A stretch of DNA of 61,780 nucleotides from Gemmatimonadota bacterium (GTDB lineage: Bacteria; Gemmatimonadota; Gemmatimonadetes; Gemmatimonadales; GWC2-71-9). Made by a program: the position numbers and the translations under genes. Location of the stretch: contig JBDHKN010000040.1 of the NCBI GenBank assembly GCA_039586365.1, forward strand, positions 1 to 61,780, in the 5' to 3' direction. Below are positions 32,101 to 41,430 of this stretch, in pieces; position 1 is the stretch's first letter; every line of letters begins with the position of its first letter. The notes below the pieces were generated by a model. The model was not told the origin of the DNA, did no database searches, and was given only the letters and a program-made list of their open reading frames with translations.

Positions 32101-32676
32101 CAGCATCCCTTCACGCACTATGCGCTCGTCCGGAATGCCGTGGTCTTGCACCTCCAGCCAAAAACCGTTGGGGCCGAAGGTCTTAGCATACCATGCTGCG
32201 GACTTTCTGGCCTCAGCGTAGTTCTGGCGGCGGAGCCAGAGCGCAATCTCCCCCGAGAGACACGCAGCGAGGCCAATAATACCGTCGCTGTATTGCTGCA
32301 GGACCTCCTTGTCGATGCGCGGGCGTCGGTAGAACCCCTCCAGGAATCCGATCGAGGACAGCTTTACTAAATTCTTGTAGCCTTTGCGATTACGGGCAAG
32401 GAGCACCAAGTGTGAGTAGTTCGCCGGAGCCTCTGGTGGCTTCTCGCGCTCACGACGCGATCCAAAAGCCAGGTAGGCTTCGAATCCGAGAATCGGTCGA
32501 ATCCCGTTGGCCTTGGCCTGCTGATGGAATCTCCATGCAGCATGGAGATTCCCGTGGTCGGTGATCGCCAGGCTATCCATGCCCAGCTCGCCCACTCGCT
32601 GTACGAGATCTGGAATTCGATTCGCCCCATCGAGGAGCGAGTATTCGGAATGGGTATGTAGGTGGACGAAGCTCAT
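29188..32676 (-). CDS. dnaE: DNA polymerase III alpha subunit
   Basis: HLHTHSEYSLLDG; GRGSAAGS; PDIDVDF; FNKSH; clamp motif QVTLF. Confidence 0.98.
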   Translation of the reverse strand: MSFVHLHTHSEYSLLDGANRIPDLVQRVGELGMDSLAITDHGNLHAAWRFHQQAKANGIRPILGFEAYLAFGSRREREKPPEAPANYSHLVLLARNRKGYKNLVKLSSIGFLEGFYRRPRIDKEVLQQYSDGIIGLAACLSGEIALWLRRQNYAEARKSAAWYAKTFGPNGFWLEVQDHGIPDERIVREGMLRLSDDLGLPIVATNDAHYLQREDHEAHDCVLAIGTGKDLDDPNRFRFYGQESYVKSPAEMAELFPDLPQLIDNTQDVANLCEFDFEKRYFLPEFPRPDDSKSENDLLIELATAGAEQRYGTPLPAVASERLEYELRTITKLGYAGYFLIVHDFIRAAREQGIPVGPGRGSAAGSLVAYGLCITNVDPLRFDLLFERFLNPERVSMPDIDVDFCFERRGEVIEYVRERYGHKSVGQIITFGTLKARAAVRDLARVLGVSPADADRIAKLIPTGPAYSLSVAEAAQKVPELVQLVEEDHTIRRLVDLAQRIEGLSRHASVHAAGVVIAPGPLDEYVPVCTPPQRGSTAGGDGEESLITQFDMIGLEQIGMLKMDFLGLKTLTVIHDATQMIRERHGVEIDFDTIDLDDPGVYELLRSGRTAGVFQFESALGTDMLYQLHADRFDDLVATNALVRPGPLDSGMHHVFIRRKRGQEDVTYPHPDLREVLQPTYGVILYQEQVMRIANVLAGFTLAEADVLRKAVGKKDSELIERELRHFVERCVEHGHDRRVVEDIAAQIQTFGRYGFNKSHSVAYSIISFQTAWLKVNYAAEYMAALLSSEIGDTDKVVSYINEARELGIEVLPPSVNESGWKFTVTGDKQIRFGLGAIRHVGRTAIESIIKSRDCSGSYSALTDFCDRIDLRLCNKRVIESLIAAGALDQFGGHRAQLLAAVDSAYAEAQVRQAERNAGQVTLFGEDSGEESTAAAATLPLVEPWSEAERLAKEKEVIGFFISGHPLERFREEARLFSSRTTATLSTWSDHQVDAAVVVTAVKRRISRKTGSEYARLTVEDFHGTAEALVFPDTWSRLSEVIVPDAALLLTGTYSARDRGEERAPFIVEAALPLSDLRASGAVGVTLVWDSDVTADREVARGVAALCSAHPGPAPMYVEWSGGNGNTALLRSKKVRVQLDDGFLSALRDLVGTNQVRLVKAR

Positions 32677-32796
32677 CTCGACAAGAGCCCAGCGGCCACG
32701 ATGGGTCGCTGGGCCGGGTTCAGTCGCATCTCTAGACGGACAACTACCCGTCGCAGCCGCCGGTCAGCACCCGCCGGGCCGGAGCACACAGACCGT

Positions 32797-32825
32797 AAGC
32801 TACCCCCGTCAGCAAGCAATGTCAA
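32797..32825 (-). promoter_or_regulatory. Sigma-70 promoter of dnaE-accA-PSP1-metG
   Basis: TTGACA-17 nt-TAGCTT, same hexamers as the tRNA promoter. Confidence 0.65.
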
Positions 32826-33006
32826 AATAGTTGAAAACTCCGTATCTTATGATATTTTCGGAGGTTACGAGCTGGGAAAGCGGCTCGGCAACAGTCTCGT
32901 ACGACGTTGACCCTCTGGCGTTCTGGGTCCGACAGGCCTGAAAGGGCCGGCCGGCAGAGATCCGGTAGACGCTGAGCTGGAACGTCGCTGTATTCGGTAC
33001 TGTAAG

Positions 33007-35238
33007 GTGCCAATACGCAATTGGAGGGAAAGAAACTTGAACTTTGCTAGAACCGGTAGAGTTGTGATCACGGGCGTGACCGTGGCGGTCGCAGCGTGCG
33101 GAGGTGGTGACGACCTGCCCCAGCCCGCGAGCTTGGACAAGACAGGCTCCGGAGATGGTCAGCAAGCCACAGCCGGGAACCGGCTGTTGCTGCCATTTTC
33201 GGTGCTCGTCAAGGCATCGGACGGTACGGAGGTGCCTCGTGCGGAGGTGCGATGGGTGATGTCACAAGGCGACGGAGCAGTCCTTTCGGACTCACTGACG
33301 GTGACGGATGGGACCGGTGTGGCGCACGCCTATCTCACCTTGGGACCCACCGCTGGCACGTACACCGTCACTGCGTCATTGGTACAGAGGCCTGCTGCAG
33401 AGGTCTTCTTTACCGCCCTGGCCGTGGCCGCACCAGAACTCACGGCAATCAGCCCTGTGACGTTCAGCACTGGGGACGAGATAGTATTGGTCGGCGCGCA
33501 TCTCAGCGACTCTGTCATAGTAGAAGTCGCCGGCAAACTGGCTCGGGTGCAGCAGGTGTCAGCCGGGGGGGGAGATCTCACGGCCGTCGTTCCCCGCTGC
33601 CTCATGCCGGGTTCGGTTGCCGTCACCGTTCGAGTCGGGCTCGCGACCTCCGCTGCAGTCACCGGTACCTACCTGGCGTCCAATGAGCCCCTGAGACTCG
33701 GACCAGGAGAGTACATATCTGTCGAGCCCGTAGAACTCGACGGCTGCGCCCGGTTCGAGGACGCGGTGGGTGACAGTGGCCCGGAGGAGAGAGAGTACTT
33801 GATGGCGGCGCATTCAGTCACATCGGTCCTGGGACGCACTCTCAGCTTCCGGCTCAAGGGGGATACTGCTGCAACACCGATTCCACTACCGCAACCCACC
33901 TCTCCGCGACGCACGCTCGCGGAGAGGTTTCACGACTTCCTCAGGCTGCAAGAGGAGGAACTCGGCAAAGTCCCGAGAGAACCCTTGCACAGCGAACCTT
34001 TTGATCTGGAGCTGGTTGAGGCGGGGGTAGAAATCGGTGACCGGCGTGATTTTCGCGTCTGTGACAAGGTCACCTGTAGTGCGATCGAAGATTTCACGGA
34101 AGTAAGAGCGGAAGTGAAGTACGTTGGCAAACATGCGGTGATCTACGAAGATCTAGAGACTCCTGAAGGAGGTTTCACAGCTCAAGATTTCTCGGAGATG
34201 GGAGCGCTGTTTGACTCCGATCTGTATGAAGTGGCTACCGTAGCGTTCGGTGCGGAGTCTGATATAGACCGCAACGGCGCGGTGCTCATCCTGTTGACTC
34301 CAGTCGTGAACGGACTAACGGAACAAGCTGAATGCTCAGAGTCTTTCATCACTGGTTTCTTCTTCCCAATCGATGTCGACCCGAGGTATGCTGGCGACCG
34401 GCGCTCGAACCAGGCCGAGATCTTCTACTCGATGGTGGCTGATCCGGAGGGTACAGTTACGTGCGAACACTCGGTCGACCGGGTGAAGCGGCTGGTTCCG
34501 ATCACGTTCATCCATGAGCTCCAGCACATGATCAACTTCGCCCAGCACGTCATCATTCGCGGTAGCAGCTCCGAGGAAACTTGGCTCAACGAGGCCATGT
34601 CGCATATCTCGGAAGAGCTGGGAGGGCTGCATTTCGAGGCACTGGGCAACCAGAGCCGCTTTACGGCGTTCTCATTGGGGAATCTGTTCAACGCATACCA
34701 GTACCTCGAGGACCCTCAGCAACAGTTTCTACTGTACCAGACTGGAACGGGAACGCTGGAGGAACGGGGTGCCAGCTGGCTATTCCTGCGTTGGATCGCT
34801 GACCAGTTCGGCGCTGGAGTCTTCCGCCGACTAACGGAGACAGACCTCGTTGGAACTGAGAATGTGATGTCGGCGACGGGTGAGCCCATGTCTCGTCTGT
34901 TGGCCGACTGGTTCCTGGCCAACTACGTGAGTGATCATCCGAGCCTCAGTCCAGTGCCCGATCGTCTGAGCTACCAGACCTGGGATTTCCGTACGCTATA
35001 TAGTTCCTTGCACGACCAAGATCCCACGAATTTCCCCAACCCGTACCCACTGGAGCCGATTGTGTTTACCGGAGGCAACATCGACGTGAGCGGCCTAATG
35101 CGATCTGGGTCGGGGGCCTACTACAGAGTCATCCAGAACCCTGGCCAGCGCGGTTTTAGTGTCGAGCTGCTAGACGACTCAGGTAATCCACTTACAGGAG
35201 AGGCGGATCCCCGCTTGACCGTGGTCCGCATTCGCTAA
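33007..35238 (+). CDS. Surface lipoprotein: Ig-like + IPT/TIG domains + zinc metallopeptidase (M30-like); start uncertain
   Basis: VAAC lipobox; SGDGQ Ig-like repeat; HELQH...WLNEAMS zinc motif. Confidence 0.78.
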   Translation: MPIRNWRERNLNFARTGRVVITGVTVAVAACGGGDDLPQPASLDKTGSGDGQQATAGNRLLLPFSVLVKASDGTEVPRAEVRWVMSQGDGAVLSDSLTVTDGTGVAHAYLTLGPTAGTYTVTASLVQRPAAEVFFTALAVAAPELTAISPVTFSTGDEIVLVGAHLSDSVIVEVAGKLARVQQVSAGGGDLTAVVPRCLMPGSVAVTVRVGLATSAAVTGTYLASNEPLRLGPGEYISVEPVELDGCARFEDAVGDSGPEEREYLMAAHSVTSVLGRTLSFRLKGDTAATPIPLPQPTSPRRTLAERFHDFLRLQEEELGKVPREPLHSEPFDLELVEAGVEIGDRRDFRVCDKVTCSAIEDFTEVRAEVKYVGKHAVIYEDLETPEGGFTAQDFSEMGALFDSDLYEVATVAFGAESDIDRNGAVLILLTPVVNGLTEQAECSESFITGFFFPIDVDPRYAGDRRSNQAEIFYSMVADPEGTVTCEHSVDRVKRLVPITFIHELQHMINFAQHVIIRGSSSEETWLNEAMSHISEELGGLHFEALGNQSRFTAFSLGNLFNAYQYLEDPQQQFLLYQTGTGTLEERGASWLFLRWIADQFGAGVFRRLTETDLVGTENVMSATGEPMSRLLADWFLANYVSDHPSLSPVPDRLSYQTWDFRTLYSSLHDQDPTNFPNPYPLEPIVFTGGNIDVSGLMRSGSGAYYRVIQNPGQRGFSVELLDDSGNPLTGEADPRLTVVRIR

Positions 35239-35239
35239 C

Positions 35240-36187
35240 GTGCCTCGAACCGGAATGAGACGGCGCCCCCTAGGTTTGATGGCTGTGGTCGTGCCGCTGG
35301 CGTCGTTGCTGCTGCACGCGACGCCGTTGTCCGGGCAGATCGTGGACTCCACTGCTCCGCTAGTTCTCACGGTGCCACTGTCAGCACGCAGTGCGGGTTT
35401 GAATGGTGCCGGTGCGGCGTTGGTGGGCCATGCTGGTGCTCTGTTCGCGAACCCAGCCGGGATTGCTACAGTGCGGCACATCAGTGTGGAAGGCAGTTAC
35501 CGTAAAGTCGCTCGCGAAGCGTACCTGACTTCGGCCGCGCTTGCCTGGCGTATCAGGCAGTTCGATGTCGGCTTAGGTGTCGCCTATTTCGATCTTGGGA
35601 ACGATCCCCTTCGGTTTCCTGTGACCGGTGTGCCAGCGACATCACACACACGGGATCTGGCTGGCATTGGTACTCTGGTATACCGCTATGGGATCATCGC
35701 GGTAGGTGGGACCGCTAAGTATGCCAGCAGAACGGTAGACGCCGACAAGGATAGGGCTCTCAGCTTCGACGGCGGTGCCGCAATCGCGATCTTCGACATC
35801 ATGGCTATCGGTTTCTCCATACAGAATATCGGTGGCAATTGGCGGGACCAGTCATCTTTGACGATGCCCAAACTGACCCGGTTTGGCTTCACCATGAACT
35901 ACGTCGATCCGCAGGAGACCTATCGGCTGATGTCAGTTCTGGAGCTTCAGTGGCCGGAGGATCGAGACACCAGAATCCTGTTGGGAGCCGAGGCAGGGGT
36001 CGTGGTCAAGGGGGTAGGAGTGATCGGTCGGGGGGCTTATGGGTCACAGGCGTCAAGTTCGGATCTACCTCGTTTCACCTACGGATTGAGTATCGCCATC
36101 TCGCGGTTATCTCTCGACTATGCATTCCGCAACGGGGACCAATTGGAGGATACTGTACATCTAGTTGGACTGCGCCTGACCCTGTGA
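35240..36187 (+). CDS. PorV/UPF0164-like outer-membrane beta-barrel
   Basis: LTVPLSARSAGLNGA...ALFANPAG; LDYA; terminal strand HLVGLRLTL. Confidence 0.7.
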   Translation: MPRTGMRRRPLGLMAVVVPLASLLLHATPLSGQIVDSTAPLVLTVPLSARSAGLNGAGAALVGHAGALFANPAGIATVRHISVEGSYRKVAREAYLTSAALAWRIRQFDVGLGVAYFDLGNDPLRFPVTGVPATSHTRDLAGIGTLVYRYGIIAVGGTAKYASRTVDADKDRALSFDGGAAIAIFDIMAIGFSIQNIGGNWRDQSSLTMPKLTRFGFTMNYVDPQETYRLMSVLELQWPEDRDTRILLGAEAGVVVKGVGVIGRGAYGSQASSSDLPRFTYGLSIAISRLSLDYAFRNGDQLEDTVHLVGLRLTL

Positions 36188-37296
36188 AAACCGTGCGCCA
36201 CACCGGCTGGCGGTGCCGGTTCTTCTTGTGCTGTGGGGTAGTCGCAGTTGCCGTGGCAGTAGTGATCTTGCTCAGTCGGGAAGTGCGGTTTCTTGCCAGC
36301 GCTGCTTTCGAGGAGGGTCGTATTCTCCTCAAGCGACAATCGCTGGAATCTCTGGTGGCCAGTCCTGCAACGCCCTCGTCACGCCGTGACCTCTTCAGGC
36401 TGGTGCTGGAGGCGCGCGAGTTTGCTGCAGAAACGCTGCAGCTCGATGCGGCTCAGACGTACATGTCCTTCTCCGACGTCGGTCGCGACACCCTGGTGCT
36501 GGTGTTGTCGGCCAGCCCTCGCACTGCCCTGGAGCCGTACCTGTGGCACTACCCGATCCTGGGTGCGGTAGCGTATAAGGGGTACTTCAGGCCCGCTGCT
36601 GCGGTCCGGGCAGCACAGGATCTCGAGAACCAAGGCTACGACACCTATCTGAGACCGGCCGGGGCGTTCTCGACCTTGGGTTGGTTCAATGACCCACTGT
36701 TGTCGACTGCCTTGAGCGGCGATTCGGTCCAGCTCGTAGCGACTGTCATTCACGAAATCACCCACAACACTCTCTATGTCCGTGGAGCCACTTCCTTCAA
36801 TGAGAGCTTCGCGTCCTTCGTGGGTTACCGTGGAGCCGAGGACTTCTTTGCGCGCCGGGGTGACACAACCAATGTGAAGCGAGTGCAGGACATTTGGGCT
36901 GATGAGTTGTTGCTGGCACACTTCTACGAGAGGCTGGAAGCCGAATTGCAGTCGCTCTACGAGAGCGACCTCCCTGAAGACGCAATGATACGCGAGCGAA
37001 TGCAGGTGTTCGCTGCCTATCGAGCCTGGTTTCGGAGCCCGGGCGGCGACAGCCTGAGAAGCTACAGAGCTGATCGGATGGCAACGCGCACCCTGAACAA
37101 TGCAAGTCTGGTAGCCGCCCGATTCTACCGCACGCGATTGCAGGTCTTCGATCTGGTCCACGACCGTCTAGGGCGGGACCTTGCGCGAACCGTGAGGGAG
37201 ATTACGGTGGCGGTCGCGTACACAACCGATGCGGACCCGTTTGCCGTGTTGAATCGGCTTGCAGCTGATGGATCCACGATGTTGCAACCCCGATAG
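36184..37296 (+). CDS. Putative zinc aminopeptidase
   Basis: YKGYF; FSTLGWFNDP; IHEITH...FNESFA. Confidence 0.85.
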   Translation: MKTVRHTGWRCRFFLCCGVVAVAVAVVILLSREVRFLASAAFEEGRILLKRQSLESLVASPATPSSRRDLFRLVLEAREFAAETLQLDAAQTYMSFSDVGRDTLVLVLSASPRTALEPYLWHYPILGAVAYKGYFRPAAAVRAAQDLENQGYDTYLRPAGAFSTLGWFNDPLLSTALSGDSVQLVATVIHEITHNTLYVRGATSFNESFASFVGYRGAEDFFARRGDTTNVKRVQDIWADELLLAHFYERLEAELQSLYESDLPEDAMIRERMQVFAAYRAWFRSPGGDSLRSYRADRMATRTLNNASLVAARFYRTRLQVFDLVHDRLGRDLARTVREITVAVAYTTDADPFAVLNRLAADGSTMLQPR

Positions 37297-37411
37297 CCTC
37301 CGCACCTGTGATGGCGGGGTGACGACAAGTACCGACTGGATGGACGGTTGAGTATCTTCCCGCCATGTTCGCTCACTAGCCCCCTGACACACTCAAGCAA
37401 GACACGCTCCC

Positions 37412-38773
37412 ATGACATACCTAGATGATTTTGTGCAGACCCAGCGAGAGCGCATGCTGGAAGAGCTGAAGGATCTGCTACGTATCCCTAGCATATCCAC
37501 CGATTCAGCACATGCCCAGGACTGCCGCAAGGCGGGTGACTGGCTGGCAGAGCATTTGAAGGTCTTGGGGTGCCACAAGGTGGATCTATTGGCGAGCGAC
37601 TCTCATCCTGTCGTCTACGCCGAGGGACCGATCCGTCCCAGAAGACCAACAGTTCTGGTATATGGTCACTACGATGTGCAGCCGGCCGATCCGCTGGATT
37701 TATGGCAGTCGCCTCCGTTCGAGCCGACGATTCGAGACGGCAGCCTCTACGCTCGAGGAGCGACCGATGACAAGGGTCAGGTGTTCTCGATCGTGAAGGC
37801 GTTCGAGGCGGTTTGCAGGGATGGGGGGCCGCCGGTCAACGTCAAGTTTCTCATCGAGGGCCAGGAGGAGACGGGCAGCGGCGTGCTGTTTGACCTCCTT
37901 GAGCGCCAACCCGACCTAGCCAAAGCGGATGTCGTGCTGGTATCGGACACGCCGTATTTCGCGCCGGGTTGGCCCGCGATCGAAGCTGGGCTACGCGGTA
38001 TCTGCTACGCCGAGATAACCGTGCGTACGCTGAAAGGGGATCTGCACTCAGGACTGTTTGGTGGCGTTGCCCCAAACGCGCACGAGACCCTGGTGCAGAT
38101 TCTCAGCAAGCTGAAGTCTCCCAACGGGCGTATCAAGATCCCGGGGTTATATGACGCGGTTGAGCGCCCGTCCAAAGCGGAGCGGAATGCTTGGAGCAAG
38201 CTACCCTTCAAGGAACGCAAGTTCATGCGTGAAGAGGCAGGTGCGCGCGCACTGACTGGTCTCTCCAAGTATTCCGTATTCGAGCGACTTTGGGCCCTGC
38301 CGACCTTTGAGATCCACGGAATCTCGGGGGGCTTTACGGGGGAGGGAGCCAAGACCGTGATTCCTGCTGTGGCCTCAGCCAAGGTCAGCTTGCGGTTGGT
38401 TCCCAATCAGCGTGAGAAGACCGTGAGGCGGCAGCTCAAGGGGGCAGTGAAGGCTGTGGCACCGTCATTTGCGGACGTTTCCATCGACTTTATCCACGGT
38501 GCTGATCCCGTGTTGGTGGACGTCACCGCGCCAGTGATGCAGGTGATGAATCGTGCCTTCCGAGAGGTGGAGGGACGCGATGCGGTCCCGATCCGGTCGG
38601 GCGGCTCGATACCTGTCGTTGCACCGCTCGGACAGGCTGGAGCCCCCGTGATCCTGAGCGGCATCGGGCTTCCCGACGACGGGCTCCATGCCCCCAACGA
38701 GAAGATCTCGGTCGATCAGTTCCTCAAAGGAGTGCGTGTGTTTGGTCGCTTTTTTGAGATGATGGCGGGGTAG
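37412..38773 (+). CDS. M20-family dipeptidase
   Basis: YGHYDVQP; RGATDDKG; EGQEE; DLHSG; HAPNE. Confidence 0.93.
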   Translation: MTYLDDFVQTQRERMLEELKDLLRIPSISTDSAHAQDCRKAGDWLAEHLKVLGCHKVDLLASDSHPVVYAEGPIRPRRPTVLVYGHYDVQPADPLDLWQSPPFEPTIRDGSLYARGATDDKGQVFSIVKAFEAVCRDGGPPVNVKFLIEGQEETGSGVLFDLLERQPDLAKADVVLVSDTPYFAPGWPAIEAGLRGICYAEITVRTLKGDLHSGLFGGVAPNAHETLVQILSKLKSPNGRIKIPGLYDAVERPSKAERNAWSKLPFKERKFMREEAGARALTGLSKYSVFERLWALPTFEIHGISGGFTGEGAKTVIPAVASAKVSLRLVPNQREKTVRRQLKGAVKAVAPSFADVSIDFIHGADPVLVDVTAPVMQVMNRAFREVEGRDAVPIRSGGSIPVVAPLGQAGAPVILSGIGLPDDGLHAPNEKISVDQFLKGVRVFGRFFEMMAG

Positions 38774-38856
38774 CACGAGCTGATGAAGGGGATGGGCGGC
38801 ATATTCGGCAAGGTTGCCGGGAAGACGTGCTGCCTATCCCGCTCATGTCACGCATG

Positions 38857-39576
38857 CTAGGCAGGGGACTCGTCGCCCGATCGCGCAGGCCCGGTGTAGA
38901 TGTCTGCTAGCTCTACCGCCTGGGGCCGCATCCCAAACGCTTCCGAGCATCCCAGCACGACACTGTTCAAAGCCATTCCCCAAACGTCTCGCGGTGTCCG
39001 CTCCCGGAGTTCGCGTTGGATACTAGTCATTACGACATCTGGGATTCCACACGGCACGATGTGGTCAAAGTACGAGAGATCAGTGGTTACGTTGAGGGCG
39101 AAGCCGTGCCAAGTGACCCACTGCTTCACGTGAATCCCGATGCTGGCGATCTTGCGACCCTGTGTCCAGACTCCAGTGTAGTCTTTGCGACGTTCCCCCC
39201 TGATCCCGAAGTCCTCCAGAGCGCGAATCAGGCTCTGCTCGAGCTGCCGCAGGAACCAATGAAGATCTTGCCTATGCTCGCGGAGATTGAAGATCGGGTA
39301 TCCGACCAGTTGCCCGGGTCCGTGAAAGGTGATGTCTCCACCGCGCTCAATCTCGAACAACTCGATTCCCCGCTTCTCCAAGGCATCTCGTGGAGTCGGG
39401 AGGTGTTCCGGTCGGAAGCCGCGACCGAGGGTGATGACAGGTGCATGCTCCACCAGCAAGAGTATGTCGCGTTCCACCTCACCGGAAATTCGGCACTGGG
39501 AAAGCGTGCGTTGCAGGTCTAGGGCTTTCTCGTAAGAGAGCCGACCGAGGCCCAATACCGCCAGGTCTGCACTCAT
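38857..39576 (-). CDS. lipB: Octanoyltransferase LipB
   Basis: EHAPVITLG; RGGDITFHGPGQLVGYP; KIASIG; HGFALN; PCG. Confidence 0.95.
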   Translation of the reverse strand: MSADLAVLGLGRLSYEKALDLQRTLSQCRISGEVERDILLLVEHAPVITLGRGFRPEHLPTPRDALEKRGIELFEIERGGDITFHGPGQLVGYPIFNLREHRQDLHWFLRQLEQSLIRALEDFGIRGERRKDYTGVWTQGRKIASIGIHVKQWVTWHGFALNVTTDLSYFDHIVPCGIPDVVMTSIQRELRERTPRDVWGMALNSVVLGCSEAFGMRPQAVELADIYTGPARSGDESPA

Positions 39577-39977
39577 CGGGCTGCCGCCCGGCGGGCGGCT
39601 CGCAACGTCGCTACCGAAGCAACGAGCAACACGGTCAGGTATGCCGACAGCCCCAACCGGCCGCCGAGCATGTCCACAGGAGCGGAGAGGCCGGCCAAGA
39701 GAGCGGTTCCGAAGAAGGAAAGGGCTCCGACAACGCCCCTGCGCCAGGTCTCCTGGAGAGGTTTCGTGAGGGTCCATCCTGTCATAAACGCAAGCGCGAT
39801 GCCCAACAGAAGGATGACCGTCAATACCGCGAAGGCTGTGCTGATTTCAGCGCTGCCTCGGTCGCCTTGCAGGATCCGCAGCAAGATCATGCCACCGGTG
39901 ATCACACTGGCGCCCCCCGTGGCACCCGCGGCTATACTGGCGAGCGCGAGGCCGACTGGGTCGCGAGTGGTAACCAA
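39573..39977 (-). CDS. Hypothetical membrane protein
   Basis: About four hydrophobic helices; packed between lpdA and lipB. Confidence 0.7.
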   Translation of the reverse strand: MVTTRDPVGLALASIAAGATGGASVITGGMILLRILQGDRGSAEISTAFAVLTVILLLGIALAFMTGWTLTKPLQETWRRGVVGALSFFGTALLAGLSAPVDMLGGRLGLSAYLTVLLVASVATLRAARRAAAR

Positions 39978-39979
39978 GC

Positions 39980-41374
39980 TCAGGTGTGAATTACTCGGCC
40001 AAGTGAGTCCAGCGCGGCCTCAGCCACAGCTTCCGAGAGTGTTGGGTGAGCGTGAATGGCGAGGTCGATTTCTTCCACTGTGTACTCGTTTTCGCGGGCA
40101 ACCACGAGTTCGTGGATTAGTTCGCTGGCGTGTGAGGCTACGATGTGCGCCCCTAATATCTCGCTGTACTTCTTGTCGCGAATGATCTTGACGAAGCCTT
40201 CAGTCTCGCTGGCTGCCCGCGCCCTACCATTGGCAGTCAGCGGAAACTTGCCGACCACATAGTCTAGCCCCTTGGTTTCACACTGTTCCTCGTTGAGTCC
40301 AATACTGGCCACCTCGGGGTGGCAATATGTCACGCTCGGGATATTGTCGTACTTGATCCGGTGGGGCTGCCTACCGGCAATCGACTCCGCGACGAACGTT
40401 CCTTCACGGCTTCCCTTGTGAGCCAGCATGGGTGGACCAGCGATGTCGCCGATACAGTAGACATCCGCGGCGGTGGTCCGCAGCCTTTCGTCCACCTTGA
40501 CGAAACCGTTGTCAGCCAACTGCACGCCAGCCTCTTTGAAGCCGACACCCTCGACATTCAGCGCCCGACCTGCTGCCATCAACACCTTGTCGACCTCGAC
40601 GTGCTTGGTCTTGCCACCTAACTCTATATCAAGCTTGACGGAGGTATCGGTCACCTTCACATTCTTGATTGTTGCTCCAGCGAGCACGTCGATCTTCCGC
40701 TTCTTGTAGCTCCGCGCCAACGTCGCTGAGCATTCCGCATCCTCCAGTGGAAGGATTCTGGGGAGCACCTCGATGAGTGTAACCGTGGATCCGAACGCAT
40801 TGAAGATGTCGGCGAACTCCATGCCAACGGCACCTGCACCGACGATAGCGATTGAATCGGGGACCTCACTCAGGAACAGCGCCTCGTCGGTGGATATCAC
40901 CTTGTCCTTGTCTATTTCCAGACCGATTTGAGGCAGTCCCTTCACTCGGCCCCCGGTTGCCAGTACAACAGCCTTGCCAGCGGTATAGACGTCGTTCGCC
41001 ACCTCTACTGATTTGCCGGGTAACAGCCTGGCATCGCCTTTGATGACGGTAACCTTGTTCTTCTTCATTAGGTACTCGACACCCTTCGAGTTCTGCTCAC
41101 TCACCTGGCGTGACCGCTTGATCGCAGCAGCGAAGTCGAGGTTGATCCCATCGAGGTTGATGCCCAGCTCCTTGGCGCCGTGCTTGACGAGATTGGCGAC
41201 ATACGCGCTGTGAAGCAGGGCTTTACTCGGGATGCATCCGACGTTGACACACACGCCCCCCAACTTCTCCCGTTCCACAACCGCAGTGTTGAGACCCAGC
41301 TGCGTGCATCTGATCGCACAGACGTAACCGGCGGGACCACCACCGACGATGATCACATCGAAATTCGTTGCCAC
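39980..41374 (-). CDS. lpdA: Dihydrolipoamide dehydrogenase (E3)
   Basis: GGGPAG; GGVCVNVGCIPSK; HAHPTLSE. Confidence 0.97.
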   Translation of the reverse strand: MATNFDVIIVGGGPAGYVCAIRCTQLGLNTAVVEREKLGGVCVNVGCIPSKALLHSAYVANLVKHGAKELGINLDGINLDFAAAIKRSRQVSEQNSKGVEYLMKKNKVTVIKGDARLLPGKSVEVANDVYTAGKAVVLATGGRVKGLPQIGLEIDKDKVISTDEALFLSEVPDSIAIVGAGAVGMEFADIFNAFGSTVTLIEVLPRILPLEDAECSATLARSYKKRKIDVLAGATIKNVKVTDTSVKLDIELGGKTKHVEVDKVLMAAGRALNVEGVGFKEAGVQLADNGFVKVDERLRTTAADVYCIGDIAGPPMLAHKGSREGTFVAESIAGRQPHRIKYDNIPSVTYCHPEVASIGLNEEQCETKGLDYVVGKFPLTANGRARAASETEGFVKIIRDKKYSEILGAHIVASHASELIHELVVARENEYTVEEIDLAIHAHPTLSEAVAEAALDSLGRVIHT

Positions 41375-41430
41375 GGATCCGTTCCCATCCTTTGAGGCTT
41401 GCCTACCTATTCACTGCACGATTACCCGGT

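Noticed and set aside
29188..32676. Intein in DnaE
   Set aside because: Length of 1162 aa is normal and no splice motifs are seen
32677..33006. ncRNA or LexA box between dnaE and the lipoprotein gene
   Set aside because: Only a promoter and short hairpins are recognisable; no CTGT-N8-ACAG or known RNA motif
35839..36183. Long N-terminal extension of the aminopeptidase ORF
   Set aside because: It overlaps the PorV-like gene; GTG at 36184 with a 4-nt overlap is more plausible
39577..39777. Extended lipB N-terminus
   Set aside because: It overlaps the upstream membrane gene; ATG at 39576 fits LipB
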